In this document: positions 1-8,926 of the stretch, in pieces
Numbering within the stretch: position 1 is the first letter of the stretch
Layout of the letters: each line of letters starts with the position of its first letter
NCBI GenBank assembly: GCA_029862185.1
Contig: JAOTXX010000006.1
Span: 12,486 to 76,485 of the forward strand
Length of the DNA stretch: 64,000 nt
Direction of reading: 5' to 3'
DNA from: Myxococcales bacterium
GTDB lineage: Bacteria > Myxococcota_A > Polyangia > Polyangiales > Houyiibacteriaceae
The notes under the pieces: model-generated
Seen by the model: the letters and a program-made list of their open reading frames with translations, nothing else
What the model was told of the DNA's origin: nothing
The model's database searches: none
Program-made: the position numbers and the translations under genes

Positions 1-1
1 C

Positions 2-727
2 TCGGCGCTGGCCAGTGACCGCATGTGGGAAGCAGCGCGCAACCTGGCCGAACGAAAGCCCTTGATCGCGAGCGTCGGCGACATGGCGGCGAGCGGCGGC
101 TATTACGTTGCGTCCGCCGCCGGGGAGATCCTGGCCCACCCCAACAGCCTGGTCGGCTCGATTGGCGTGGTGGGTGGCAAGTTCAATTTCGCCGCGCTCA
201 CCGAAGACATCGGCGTCAGCACGTTCATCTTGCAGCGGGGTAAGCGCGCTGCCTGGTCGACGCCGGTTCGCGCCCTGAATCCAAGCGAGCGCCAGGCGTT
301 CGAGACACTGCTTCGCGACACCTACGATCGCTTCATCAGTCGTGTGGCCGCGGGCCGCGAGATGGAGACCGAAGCCGTCCTGGCCGCCGCGGAAGGCCGC
401 GTCATGACCGCCCAGGACGGCAAGGAGCTCGGCCTCATCGACGAGATGGCCGGCCTCAGCGAAGCGCTTGAAAAAGCACGGACCGCCGCCGGGCTCGGGC
501 CCGAGGCGCCTGTCGAGCTCTGGCCCGCGCCCAAAGGGATGCTCGATGCCATCAACGAGCTCCTCAGTGGAAACGGAGAGGACGACGCGCGAACGCTTCA
601 GCGCCTTTGGCTGCGCCGACACCCGCTCGCTGCGACGCTACCGCTCGACCCCTGGGCGCAAACGCTCCGCCTTCTTGCCAAAGAGCAGGTTGCGCTGATT
701 CCGCCTTACCTGTTTACGCTGCGCTAG
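2..727 (+). CDS. sppA: Signal peptide peptidase SppA (S49 family), 5' end cut by the window edge
   Basis: The reading frame is open from base 2. The motif SVGDMAASGGYYVASAA...SIGVVGGKF is typical of the SppA/S49 core. Stop TAG at 725-727. Confidence 0.8.
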   Translation, partial: SALASDRMWEAARNLAERKPLIASVGDMAASGGYYVASAAGEILAHPNSLVGSIGVVGGKFNFAALTEDIGVSTFILQRGKRAAWSTPVRALNPSERQAFETLLRDTYDRFISRVAAGREMETEAVLAAAEGRVMTAQDGKELGLIDEMAGLSEALEKARTAAGLGPEAPVELWPAPKGMLDAINELLSGNGEDDARTLQRLWLRRHPLAATLPLDPWAQTLRLLAKEQVALIPPYLFTLR

Positions 728-1356
728 GGTATGCAGTAGGGCCAAACGTCTTGGCCTGGGATGCAGCTGGTGTCGAGGTCTTCGGACGCGCAGTTGTTCA
801 AGCAACCCGCGCAGAGCGCGACCGGCCAGCGAAACTCCGCCGACCGCTGACTGAAGCCGCCAAACGTCGTGCCGCCGGCGCGAATGCTGAGCACAATCTC
901 GTCGACTCCCAGAGCCACGATAGCGTCTTGGTACGAAGCGGGAATGCCCGTTGCCACGCCCACCCCCGCAATGGGGTCACCGCCGGCCTCGCCGGCAAGA
1001 AGGACCGCGCTGGTGGTGACGCGATACGGATTGATCAGGCCTCCGAGGTCGGGCGCGCTTCCGTCCGCAAGCAGAATCGTAATGTCGTAGTTGTCGACCT
1101 GGAGGTTTCCTTGCTCGCCCTGAAACTCCAGCGCATTGCTGATCAGGTAGCTCTGAAGCTGGAGGGCGATCGTGTAGCCGCTTGCAATGTTAGTGTCCCA
1201 AAGGCCCCGCAGCAGACGCTCTTCTTGATCTCCGGACACGAAACAGGCGTCGTCCGGGAGCAAATTCGCGCTGATTTGAAGTCCGTTGTCGGGAAAGCGA
1301 TTGCAACCAGCAACCGTCACCGCGAGCACCATGGCCATGAGGATGATTCGACGCAT
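724..1356 (-). CDS. Hypothetical lipoprotein with a Cys-rich C-terminus
   Basis: ATG at 1356 is preceded by GGAGGGG. The N-terminus MRRIILMAMVLAVTVAGC is a signal peptide with a lipobox. No recognisable family. The track ORF extends to 1425. Confidence 0.6.
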   Translation of the reverse strand: MRRIILMAMVLAVTVAGCNRFPDNGLQISANLLPDDACFVSGDQEERLLRGLWDTNIASGYTIALQLQSYLISNALEFQGEQGNLQVDNYDITILLADGSAPDLGGLINPYRVTTSAVLLAGEAGGDPIAGVGVATGIPASYQDAIVALGVDEIVLSIRAGGTTFGGFSQRSAEFRWPVALCAGCLNNCASEDLDTSCIPGQDVWPYCIP

Positions 1357-1421
1357 AAGTCCCCTCCAAAGGGTGTTCCCATGGTATCGAGGCCGGGTGT
1401 CCGCCGCCAAATTTCCGGTAC

Positions 1422-2984
1422 TCAAGATTGCGAAAGTGCTCGCCGAACCTCGTCGAGGCCGAGCATCGCGATTTCGGTCTCGCCCGGAAACCTCGGAATT
1501 ACGAAGTGAATTCTGTCGCCGCGGCGCTTCTTGTCCGAGCCGATGAAGTCCAGCGCACGGCTGTTCAGTCTTCGATCGAGATCCGTCGGCAGCCCCAATT
1601 TTCGCAAAAGTCGGGTCAGTCGATTTGTTTCCTCGCGGCGCCCTCGCCCCAGCCCGGCCGCAACCCGCATGGCGGCGATCATTCCGAGCGCCACGCCCTC
1701 GCCATGTCGAATGCCACGGTAGCCGCTCGCAGCTTCGAGCCCATGACCAACGGTGTGACCGAGATTGAGGAGCATCCGTCGGCCTGACTCGTGCTCGTCT
1801 TCATGCACGATTCTCGACTTGAGCAAGATCGACATCCGGACGGCACGAATCGTCGCATCCGTATCGCCTGCCATGAGCGCCTCGGCGTCGCGTTCGAGCA
1901 TGGCGACCGACTCCTCGGAGTCGAGCCAAGCGCTCTTCACAGCCTCTGCCAGGCCTGCGATCCGTTCTTCGCTGGGCAAGGTCGATAGCGTCTCCACGTC
2001 GCAGAGAACGAACTTCGGCTGATAGAAGGTTCCGACGAGGTTCTTGCCACGCGGTCGATTGAATCCGGTCTTGCCGCCGACGGAGCTGTCGACCATCGCG
2101 AGCAACGTCGTGGGAATCTGCCCGAGGGCCACGCCACGCAACAAGGTCGAGGCCGCGAATCCGCTCAAATCGCCGATCACGCCGCCGCCCACGCCAATGA
2201 CGATCGCGCGTCGGTCGACTTCGGCTTCGAGCGCGCTGTCCCAAATCCGCTCCACGCTCGCGACGTTCTTGTGCGCTTCGTCCCCCGGAAGCCTCACCTC
2301 GATGGGAGGCTTTTCGGCCAAGCTGAGATCGCGAACGGCGTCCTGCGGCCAGGGACGGTCATCCTCTCCGTCAAACACCAAAATCGCTTGGCCCGCAGCG
2401 TGCTCGTTTGCGCGAATCCCAACCCGATGGCGGACGCCGCGGCCCACCTCGACGCGATAGGTCCGCGAGCCCAGAGGCACGACGATTGGCGAGAGGTTGC
2501 GGACGGCCACAATCGCCGCAGCGATCGCTTCGGGTTCTTGTGCGCTCGTGTCGATGACCGCATGGGCTTCCGCATAGGCGGCCTCTCTGGCCTTCAGGAT
2601 GCGCTCCAGGTCAGTCCGAGGATCCTCGCCAAGCAATGGGCGCCCCCGACCTGCGCCCACCCGTGCCGCGAGTACCGAAGGTTCGGCGGTCAGCGTGACG
2701 AGGATGCCTCCGCGCAGCAGCATTTGACGCGCGTCGTCGTCGACCACCGTGCCGCCACCGAGCGAAACCACGCCGACATCGCCAGGAAGTGACTCGAGCG
2801 CTTCTCTCTCGAGGGCCCGAAACGCACCCTCTCCGCGCTCCGCAAAGATCTCCGGAATCGACCGCCCGGCCAGCTCTTCGACCCGTGCATCCAAATCGAG
2901 CGAACGGGTGCCGAGCTGCCCGGCCACCAGACCAGCCACAGTCGACTTCCCAGCCCCCATGGGCCCCGAGAGATACACGCGCAT
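1422..2984 (-). CDS. aroKB: Fused shikimate kinase / 3-dehydroquinate synthase (AroK-AroB in one ORF)
   Basis: The N-terminal P-loop MRVYLSGPMGAGKST matches AroK. Downstream in the same frame, GGGVIGDLSGFAASTLLRG...DSSVGGKTG and HTVGHGLE match DHQ synthase. The track ORF reaches 3020. ATG at 2984 fits the usual AroK N-terminus. Confidence 0.9.
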   Translation of the reverse strand: MRVYLSGPMGAGKSTVAGLVAGQLGTRSLDLDARVEELAGRSIPEIFAERGEGAFRALEREALESLPGDVGVVSLGGGTVVDDDARQMLLRGGILVTLTAEPSVLAARVGAGRGRPLLGEDPRTDLERILKAREAAYAEAHAVIDTSAQEPEAIAAAIVAVRNLSPIVVPLGSRTYRVEVGRGVRHRVGIRANEHAAGQAILVFDGEDDRPWPQDAVRDLSLAEKPPIEVRLPGDEAHKNVASVERIWDSALEAEVDRRAIVIGVGGGVIGDLSGFAASTLLRGVALGQIPTTLLAMVDSSVGGKTGFNRPRGKNLVGTFYQPKFVLCDVETLSTLPSEERIAGLAEAVKSAWLDSEESVAMLERDAEALMAGDTDATIRAVRMSILLKSRIVHEDEHESGRRMLLNLGHTVGHGLEAASGYRGIRHGEGVALGMIAAMRVAAGLGRGRREETNRLTRLLRKLGLPTDLDRRLNSRALDFIGSDKKRRGDRIHFVIPRFPGETEIAMLGLDEVRRALSQS

Positions 2985-3073
2985 GCCCGGAAGCATACGG
3001 CCCACCCAGTCCGCAGTCACGAATCCAGGGCGAAGCCCTGTGGAGGACGCGCAGCGGCCTCTTTACGGGGAAA

Positions 3074-5242
3074 CTACTCCGGCAGCGCGAGCGCCCTGTT
3101 CACGATCCTCGGCGTGAGGAAGATGAGAAGCTCGTTCCGGTCCTCGCGGAAGCGGCGGCGCTTGAAGAAGACTCCAAGAACCGGGATGTCGCCAAAGAAC
3201 GGTACCTGGTCGACGTTGCGGCCCGTGTTTCGCGTGTAGATACCGCCGATGACGGCGGTATCGCCATCGTCGACCAGGAGCTGCGTCTGGGCCTCTCGTT
3301 CGAGAATCGTCGGGTCACCATTCGCCCCGGTTCGACCGAAGTCGGGCTCGTTACGGGTGATCTTGACGTCCATGGCCACCGAGCCGTCGCTGGTCACGTG
3401 TGGCGTCACGTTGAGCTCGAGCTTGGCTTCCTGGAATGCCGTGTTGACGCCCTGAGCGCTGACCTGCGAGAACGGAATCAAGGTACCCTGCGAGATCGAG
3501 GCCTCGTTATTGTCCAGGGTGAGGACTCGCGGAGAGCTGATGATGCGCACGGAGCCCGCCGCCTCGGCAGCGCTCAGGCGAACATTGAGGTTCACGGCGC
3601 CGCTCAAGCTACCCAGAGCCAAGCCAAGCGCACCACCGGAACCAGGGCCGACGACCGCCGGCAGGTTCACCGCGAAGTTTGGATTCGCCACGCCGGGGTT
3701 GAACGGCGAGAGTCCGCTCGTAGGCGCATCGCCGGTCGGCGAGCCGCCCGCGATGCCGATGTCAGACGGGAAACGAAGCCCGGTGGGGTTGCCGGTCGCG
3801 CTGCTCATGACCGCGTTGCCGCCCCACTGGACACCGATGTCTCGGGAGTAGCTACTGCTTGCTTCGACGATGCGCGACTCGATCAGGACTTGCGGCGTCT
3901 GGGTATCCAGACTCCGCACCAGATCTTCTACGTCGTCGAGCTGGCCGACGATGTCGCGCACGATCAGCATGTTCGTACGAGTATCGACGGAGACCGTGCC
4001 GCGCTCCGTGAGCAGCTCGCGAACGCGCGGCTGGAGCTCGGAGGCCGTCGCATAGCTCACCGGCACCAGACGGGTCTCGAGCGGAGCGAGCTGCTGCTGC
4101 TGCTTCTGACGGGCGATGGCCGCCTCGCGCTCCTGCTCAAGCTGAGCGAGGGGAGCGACGCGGAGCAGGTTGCCCTGACGAATCATGCCGAGGGACTTTG
4201 CCTGCAGGACGACGTCGAGTGCCTGATCCCACGGGACATCGCGCATTCGAATCGTCACCGTGCCACCGACATTGTCCGCAGTGACGACGTTCACCCCACC
4301 CACCTCGGAGAGCAACCGTAGGATGTTGTGGATGTCGGCGTCCTTGAAGTCGAGGTCGATTCGACGACCGGAGTAGCGCCGGCTGGACTTGCCGCCGGCC
4401 TGCATCGGCATCTTACTCAGGAAGCCTGCCACCTCGGGCCCGTCCACTTCAGCCGCGTAGTCCTTTTCCCGGGCGATGGTCCGCGTGTGCGGTCTCGTAT
4501 CGCTCTTGGTCGGCGAGAACATCCAAACGATCTGACTGCCCGAGCGTATCGCGGTGCCGGCGGCGCCTTCCGAACCATGGACCTCGATTACCGCGCGGTC
4601 GCCCTTTTGCTCCAGCTCGACGGACCCAATCAGCGCCCCCCGTGGCGCTTCGATGCGTCGGTTTGCTCTGGAGTCGATGCGGGCGCCAAGCACCTCGAGT
4701 CGAGGCGGCGAACCTGCGCGCGTGGAAACTCGAAACTCCGGGGCACCGGCAAGCTCGACCACCACGCGGTCGCGACCGTCTTTCTGCTCGAGACGAATGC
4801 CTTCGACCTTCGGCCCCCCTGAAGCCGACGACCTCTTCGCCTTTGCCGCGTTGGAACCCTCGCCGCGACGGAGGTTCACGGTGATACCGCTCCCCGTGGC
4901 GCGCGCTCGGTACGTCGCTTTGCCTGTGAGCATCAGCTCGATGCGAGCGCCCTGTGCGGTGTTGCTCGCGATGGTGCGAGCTACCAGCGAGGTGCTTCCC
5001 GTCGAGTTGATTCCGCCGGGCGGTAGCGCTGCATCTTCGATGTCGATGATGATGAGCCGACCGTCGTTCCGCGTGCGAACCGCATACTTCGGATCGTCGA
5101 ACGAGCCATCGATCGAAACCTGTGCTTCGTCACGTGCGCCGTCGATACGGACACTATCGATTTTTGGCCCTGCCGCCTGGGCCAGATTGACCCATACGAA
5201 AGTTGCTCCCAAGGCGATTGCAAGACCCCAATGAATACGCAT
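3074..5242 (-). CDS. pilQ: Type IV pilus secretin PilQ with several N-terminal AMIN-like modules
   Basis: Signal peptide MRIHWGLAIALGATFVWVNLAQA. Repeated AMIN-like beta modules. The C-terminal secretin core ends in VPFFGDIPVLGVFFKRR...LLIFLTPRIV. Lies downstream of pilMNOP. Confidence 0.93.
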   Translation of the reverse strand: MRIHWGLAIALGATFVWVNLAQAAGPKIDSVRIDGARDEAQVSIDGSFDDPKYAVRTRNDGRLIIIDIEDAALPPGGINSTGSTSLVARTIASNTAQGARIELMLTGKATYRARATGSGITVNLRRGEGSNAAKAKRSSASGGPKVEGIRLEQKDGRDRVVVELAGAPEFRVSTRAGSPPRLEVLGARIDSRANRRIEAPRGALIGSVELEQKGDRAVIEVHGSEGAAGTAIRSGSQIVWMFSPTKSDTRPHTRTIAREKDYAAEVDGPEVAGFLSKMPMQAGGKSSRRYSGRRIDLDFKDADIHNILRLLSEVGGVNVVTADNVGGTVTIRMRDVPWDQALDVVLQAKSLGMIRQGNLLRVAPLAQLEQEREAAIARQKQQQQLAPLETRLVPVSYATASELQPRVRELLTERGTVSVDTRTNMLIVRDIVGQLDDVEDLVRSLDTQTPQVLIESRIVEASSSYSRDIGVQWGGNAVMSSATGNPTGLRFPSDIGIAGGSPTGDAPTSGLSPFNPGVANPNFAVNLPAVVGPGSGGALGLALGSLSGAVNLNVRLSAAEAAGSVRIISSPRVLTLDNNEASISQGTLIPFSQVSAQGVNTAFQEAKLELNVTPHVTSDGSVAMDVKITRNEPDFGRTGANGDPTILEREAQTQLLVDDGDTAVIGGIYTRNTGRNVDQVPFFGDIPVLGVFFKRRRFREDRNELLIFLTPRIVNRALALPE

Positions 5243-5337
5243 TCCTGACTCCTCTGCCAGCTGACGTTAATCATCGAACGCCAGCGATGGCCGGGGCAAG
5301 AAAACGACGGATTTTCTGCGCGGATGGTTTTCGGCGA

Positions 5338-5961
5338 CTAGGGCGTCGTGAACTGCGGTAACTCGCCGCCTTCATGAAGCGGCATCACCCGGGTCAACGG
5401 TGGCTTGTCGGGCGCAGTGGGGTCTTCACGGGTTAGAACCACCGATCCTGGACGGATGCGGTCCACACGCCAGTTCAGTGTGACTGGCATTCCCTCTGAA
5501 CCTCCGGTCTGTACCACTTCGGGACGACCGATATAATCACCTCGACGGATCACATGTCCTACCTTTGCGGTATCGGTGAGCATCGCTCGCGGCGTTGCGA
5601 TGCCCGTCACGATCGCGATCAGATTCATCTCGTCCACGCTGGTGCTCGGCAAGAGGACGCGACGCTGTGCGGGCGAGGCCGATTGAGCCTGAAACGCCTT
5701 GGCGTAGGAACGGAACGGATCGCGATTCTGAATGTCGAGCTCGGAGAAATCGTCATCGGTGTACACGACCGGGCCGGGATCCAACTCGGCCGAGACTGCC
5801 TTTGCATCCCCCTCGGCCGACTTGGTGTCTTCGGCGTCGCCGTCGCCACTTTTGCCGAGTCCGAATCCGGTGCCGAACTCGTCTTCATTGTCGCCGCAGC
5901 CCGCCACGGCAATGCCGGCGACGAGAAGGACACATGCGAAAACTCGAATCTTGGAGCTCAT
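5338..5961 (-). CDS. pilP: Type IV pilus assembly lipoprotein PilP
   Basis: Lipobox VAGIAVAGC. Size and position between pilO and pilQ fit PilP. The C-terminal beta domain is PilP-like. Confidence 0.8.
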   Translation of the reverse strand: MSSKIRVFACVLLVAGIAVAGCGDNEDEFGTGFGLGKSGDGDAEDTKSAEGDAKAVSAELDPGPVVYTDDDFSELDIQNRDPFRSYAKAFQAQSASPAQRRVLLPSTSVDEMNLIAIVTGIATPRAMLTDTAKVGHVIRRGDYIGRPEVVQTGGSEGMPVTLNWRVDRIRPGSVVLTREDPTAPDKPPLTRVMPLHEGGELPQFTTP

Positions 5962-5967
5962 GGCTGG

Positions 5968-6552
5968 CTACTTCTTCCCTTCGGCTGGCGGACGCCGGTA
6001 GGTGGTCGCGCGCACATCCACGTCGATGAGCACCTCCCCAGACGGCATCAGCCTCGGCTGGGTCATCCGGATGTTCTCCAGGCTGATCGCCCGGTCTAGC
6101 TTGCTCACGTTGTAAAAGAACTTACCCATCTGATGGAATCGACCCGTGAGTGCGAGCACCACCGGGATCTTCGCGTAGAGCTCTTCGCGCAGCTCAGGGC
6201 GGGGCTCGACCAGTCGGATCGTCAGGCCGCTAAGCTCGGCAACGCGGTTCAGATCTTGAAGGAACGCGGCAATCTCTGCGTTCTCGGGCAGGATTCGTCG
6301 GTTCTGCCGGTCTGCGACCTCGCGGTTGGCAAGCTCCTGCGTGAGCTGGAGGTACTGCTTCTCGCGCCTTTCGGCGTCGCGAATCTGATCCTGAAGCTGC
6401 TCTTGCGTCTGCCGGCCACGCTGAACTTCGCCCGAGATGCTGCTGTAGACCAGCGCGTAATACCCGATACCGAGCAGGGCGAGCAGGCCAACGAGCACCA
6501 GCGCCTTACCCCAACCCGGGATGGCTATGAATCGATCTTCGAAACTAGACAT
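5968..6552 (-). CDS. pilO: Type IV pilus assembly protein PilO
   Basis: Single N-terminal TM helix, then a coiled coil and a ferredoxin-like domain. Its start overlaps the pilN stop (TGATG). Confidence 0.85.
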   Translation of the reverse strand: MSSFEDRFIAIPGWGKALVLVGLLALLGIGYYALVYSSISGEVQRGRQTQEQLQDQIRDAERREKQYLQLTQELANREVADRQNRRILPENAEIAAFLQDLNRVAELSGLTIRLVEPRPELREELYAKIPVVLALTGRFHQMGKFFYNVSKLDRAISLENIRMTQPRLMPSGEVLIDVDVRATTYRRPPAEGKK

Positions 6553-7223
6553 CAGTACTTCACCTTGCAGGTAATATCGAAGCCCACCATCGGGAGGCCC
6601 GATTCCGAGTCCGTAGCCGCGCGCGTCCTTTGGAGTGTCACGCCCTCATAGATCTCGCTAAGGGTCAGCCGACGCAAGAACTCGGCAACATCTTCGTTCG
6701 ACCGCCCCATGCCCGTGATCTTGCAATCGCGTTCGACTTCCTCGAATCGCGAGATCCAGAGCCGCCGCACGTCCCAGGACTCGTTGAATCCGGCAAGCGG
6801 GTTTTCCTCCCGCATTCGCTCGAGCTCGGCCGGGTTGATCGACGGACCGCCCGGGCTGCTCAGCACCTTGGAAAGCTCCATGACCGCCCGCGTCGGACCG
6901 CGTCGCGCCCGCTCGAGGTCTTGAACGACTTTTTCGAGTCGCCTGCTCTTTTCGAGGCGACCTTCGACCTCCGCCAAGCCCTTGGTTTTGCGCACGAGCT
7001 CGTCTCGGCGCGCCTCGAGGGTCTTGTTCTCCTGGGCGATTGTATCCATTTCTCCGCTCTGCGCGAAGTACAGGACGCCGAGCACGATCAGCCACACGAC
7101 GATCGCGCCCCCGTAGACCATGCCCCAGGTGGTCAGGTTGAGGTCGCCCGTCGGAAGAGGTGACGGCGCCGCGCGGCGTGCGCGCTTCTTCTTGTCGGTC
7201 GGTAGCAGGTTGATGCGAATCAT
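6552..7223 (-). CDS. pilN: Type IV pilus assembly protein PilN
   Basis: The N-terminal MIRINLLP motif is the PilM-binding peptide. It is followed by a TM helix and a coiled coil. Overlaps the pilM stop by 1 nt. Confidence 0.85.
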   Translation of the reverse strand: MIRINLLPTDKKKRARRAAPSPLPTGDLNLTTWGMVYGGAIVVWLIVLGVLYFAQSGEMDTIAQENKTLEARRDELVRKTKGLAEVEGRLEKSRRLEKVVQDLERARRGPTRAVMELSKVLSSPGGPSINPAELERMREENPLAGFNESWDVRRLWISRFEEVERDCKITGMGRSNEDVAEFLRRLTLSEIYEGVTLQRTRAATDSESGLPMVGFDITCKVKY

Positions 7224-8272
7224 TAGTTACGCTCCCGCTCTTTGCGCAGCGCCAGGCCAATGCTGACCACCGCTTGGGAAGCTCTTCCCTGCAGCTCTGC
7301 AACGGCCTTCTCGTCCACATCGGCCACCCGCGTGGGGTCCAGCGCCTCGACGGGCACCTGGGCGCGCTCTTGAAGGGCATCGAGAAGGGATTGGATGTTG
7401 GCGGTACCACCCGACAAGCAGATCCGGCTCAGCTCGCGTTCACCACTGGTCGCCAGATAGAAGTCGAGCGAACGCTGAATCTCGCCTGCGAGCTGCTCGA
7501 CCGCCTGATTGACGATCTCGGGCACCTCGCGTGGAACGATACCGCGCCCTTCGCCGCCGCACTTGTACGACTCCGCCTCGTCTCGACCGATGCCGAGCTG
7601 CCGCTGAATCTCCTCGGTGATCGAGTTCCCACCGTTGGCGATGTCTCGCGTGAAGGCGGTTGTGGAGTCCGCAAGGATGTTCACCGTTGTCGTCGACGCT
7701 CCACAGTGCACCAGCACGGTCGTTTCGTCCTCCGCCGCACCGCCGTAGCCTGCTTCGAAGACGTTTTGGATAGTGAACGCGTCCAGGTCTACAACCATAG
7801 GACGAAGTCGAGCTTCCATCGCCAGGTTCGTGAGATCGGTGATTTCTTCCTTCTTTGCCGCGACGAGCAAGACGTCCATTTGTCCGTGATCGGTGCGCTC
7901 GTGGAGCACTTCGTAGTCCACGTGCACCTCCTCGAGGTCAAACGGGATGTGCTGCTCGGCTTCCCAGTTGATCTGCTCCTGGAGCTCAGCCGCAGTCATC
8001 AGGGGCATCGAGATCTTCTTGATGATCACACTGTGGCCGCTGGCACGAAGCGCGACATTTCGCCGCTTGGTGCCCGCGAACAGCTTCTCGAGCCCCTCCA
8101 CGACGGCGCTGGAGTTGATGATGTGACCATCGACGATGGTTTCGGCAGGAAGAGGGTGATAACCGAACCTGGTGATGGTTCGAGCCCCCCGTCGCCCCTC
8201 TTTGATTTCACAGACTTTAATCGCGCTCGAACCGATGTCGACGCCGATTAAGTTCTTCCCCTCAGACGCCAT
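7223..8272 (-). CDS. pilM: Type IV pilus assembly ATPase-like (actin fold) protein PilM
   Basis: IGVDIGSSAIKV is an actin/FtsA-like phosphate-1 motif. 349 aa. Heads the pilNOPQ genes. Confidence 0.93.
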   Translation of the reverse strand: MASEGKNLIGVDIGSSAIKVCEIKEGRRGARTITRFGYHPLPAETIVDGHIINSSAVVEGLEKLFAGTKRRNVALRASGHSVIIKKISMPLMTAAELQEQINWEAEQHIPFDLEEVHVDYEVLHERTDHGQMDVLLVAAKKEEITDLTNLAMEARLRPMVVDLDAFTIQNVFEAGYGGAAEDETTVLVHCGASTTTVNILADSTTAFTRDIANGGNSITEEIQRQLGIGRDEAESYKCGGEGRGIVPREVPEIVNQAVEQLAGEIQRSLDFYLATSGERELSRICLSGGTANIQSLLDALQERAQVPVEALDPTRVADVDEKAVAELQGRASQAVVSIGLALRKERERN

Positions 8273-8281
8273 GTAGCCACG

Positions 8282-8653
8282 CTACTCCTCCTCGCCGAAC
8301 ACACGCACCCGATCGGCGAGCCTCAGACCTAAAGCTTCGAGAATCTTCCGTTTTGTGTCCATCCGACATCCAAAACCCTTCTCGACACGATCAATCGTCA
8401 ACACCGATAGGTTCGCGCGTCGAGCCAACTCAGCCTTGGACATCATGCGCTCGATCCGAATCTTGCGAACATTGTTCGGCTTGCTGCCGCTTTTCTTGTT
8501 CGCCTTGGGCTTCACAGCCCCTTCTCGGTCGCTCGCATCAGAGGCGGATGCAGCCAACGTGTTTGGCTTCTGCATCGCTTCGTTTGCCTCTGGGTCGTAG
8601 GTCATGATTTGGCTCGCCGGGGGAAGCACGCGCAGCGCGCCGTTCCTCAACAA
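8282..8653 (-). CDS. Small XRE-family helix-turn-helix protein with a disordered N-terminus
   Basis: The C-terminal segment MSKAELARRANLSVLTIDRVEKG is an XRE HTH. Its stop lies 9 nt upstream of the pilM ATG. The track start at 8653 is TTG. An alternative ATG at 8605 would give 107 aa. Confidence 0.7.
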   Translation of the reverse strand: MLRNGALRVLPPASQIMTYDPEANEAMQKPNTLAASASDASDREGAVKPKANKKSGSKPNNVRKIRIERMMSKAELARRANLSVLTIDRVEKGFGCRMDTKRKILEALGLRLADRVRVFGEEE

Positions 8654-8696
8654 GGCTATGACCGAACCACCCTAGGGTCAAGCAACTTAGGAAAAT

Positions 8697-8734
8697 TTAG
8701 CACTAAATTATGTGCTAATTAGGCCTAAATTAGG
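8697..8734. promoter_or_regulatory. AT-rich cluster of palindromes (candidate operator/promoter region for the XRE-pilM operon)
   Basis: Three palindromes: TTAGCAC-N8-GTGCTAA (8697-8718), CTAATTAG (8715-8722) and CCTAA-A-TTAGG (8724-8734). The core CTAA(A)TTA recurs at 8703, 8715 and 8725. The stretch is strikingly AT-rich in a GC-rich window. Confidence 0.4.
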
Positions 8735-8772
8735 TGAACCTAGTGAGCGGAACACTGACATCCGCGATCGTC

Positions 8773-8788
8773 GGGCACTGCTTGTGCT
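8773..8788 (+). promoter_or_regulatory. Candidate sigma-54 (-24/-12) promoter
   Basis: GGGCAC-tgctt-GTGCT keeps the invariant GG-N10-GC spacing and matches 10 of 12 positions of TGGCAC-N5-TTGCW. It lies about 140 nt upstream of the LysM/M15 gene. Confidence 0.35.
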
Positions 8789-8926
8789 CGACGCGCGAAC
8801 CCACCGAATGTCAACGAACGAAGGTGTCTGAATTCATGGTCGCAACGCGCGCCGCCGAAGGCAAAAAAACAGAGAGCTTCGTCGCTTAGTTGCCCTAGCC
8901 CTGGACTCATCAATACTCGCTGGGTC

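Noticed and set aside
2789-4321. A 510-aa plus-strand ORF opposite pilQ. Similar long ORFs opposite real genes include 7274-8251, 11231-12223, 13832-15112, 17781-19163, 21478-22857, 29202-30449, 31662-33257, 40486-41760, 41916-43472, 43653-44894, 47487-48638, 49339-50562, 53230-54105 and 62773-63666.
   Set aside because: These are shadow ORFs, typical of high-GC DNA. Their translations are Arg/Gly/Asp/His-rich low-complexity sequence with no motifs. The opposite strand in each case encodes a protein with clear family signatures.
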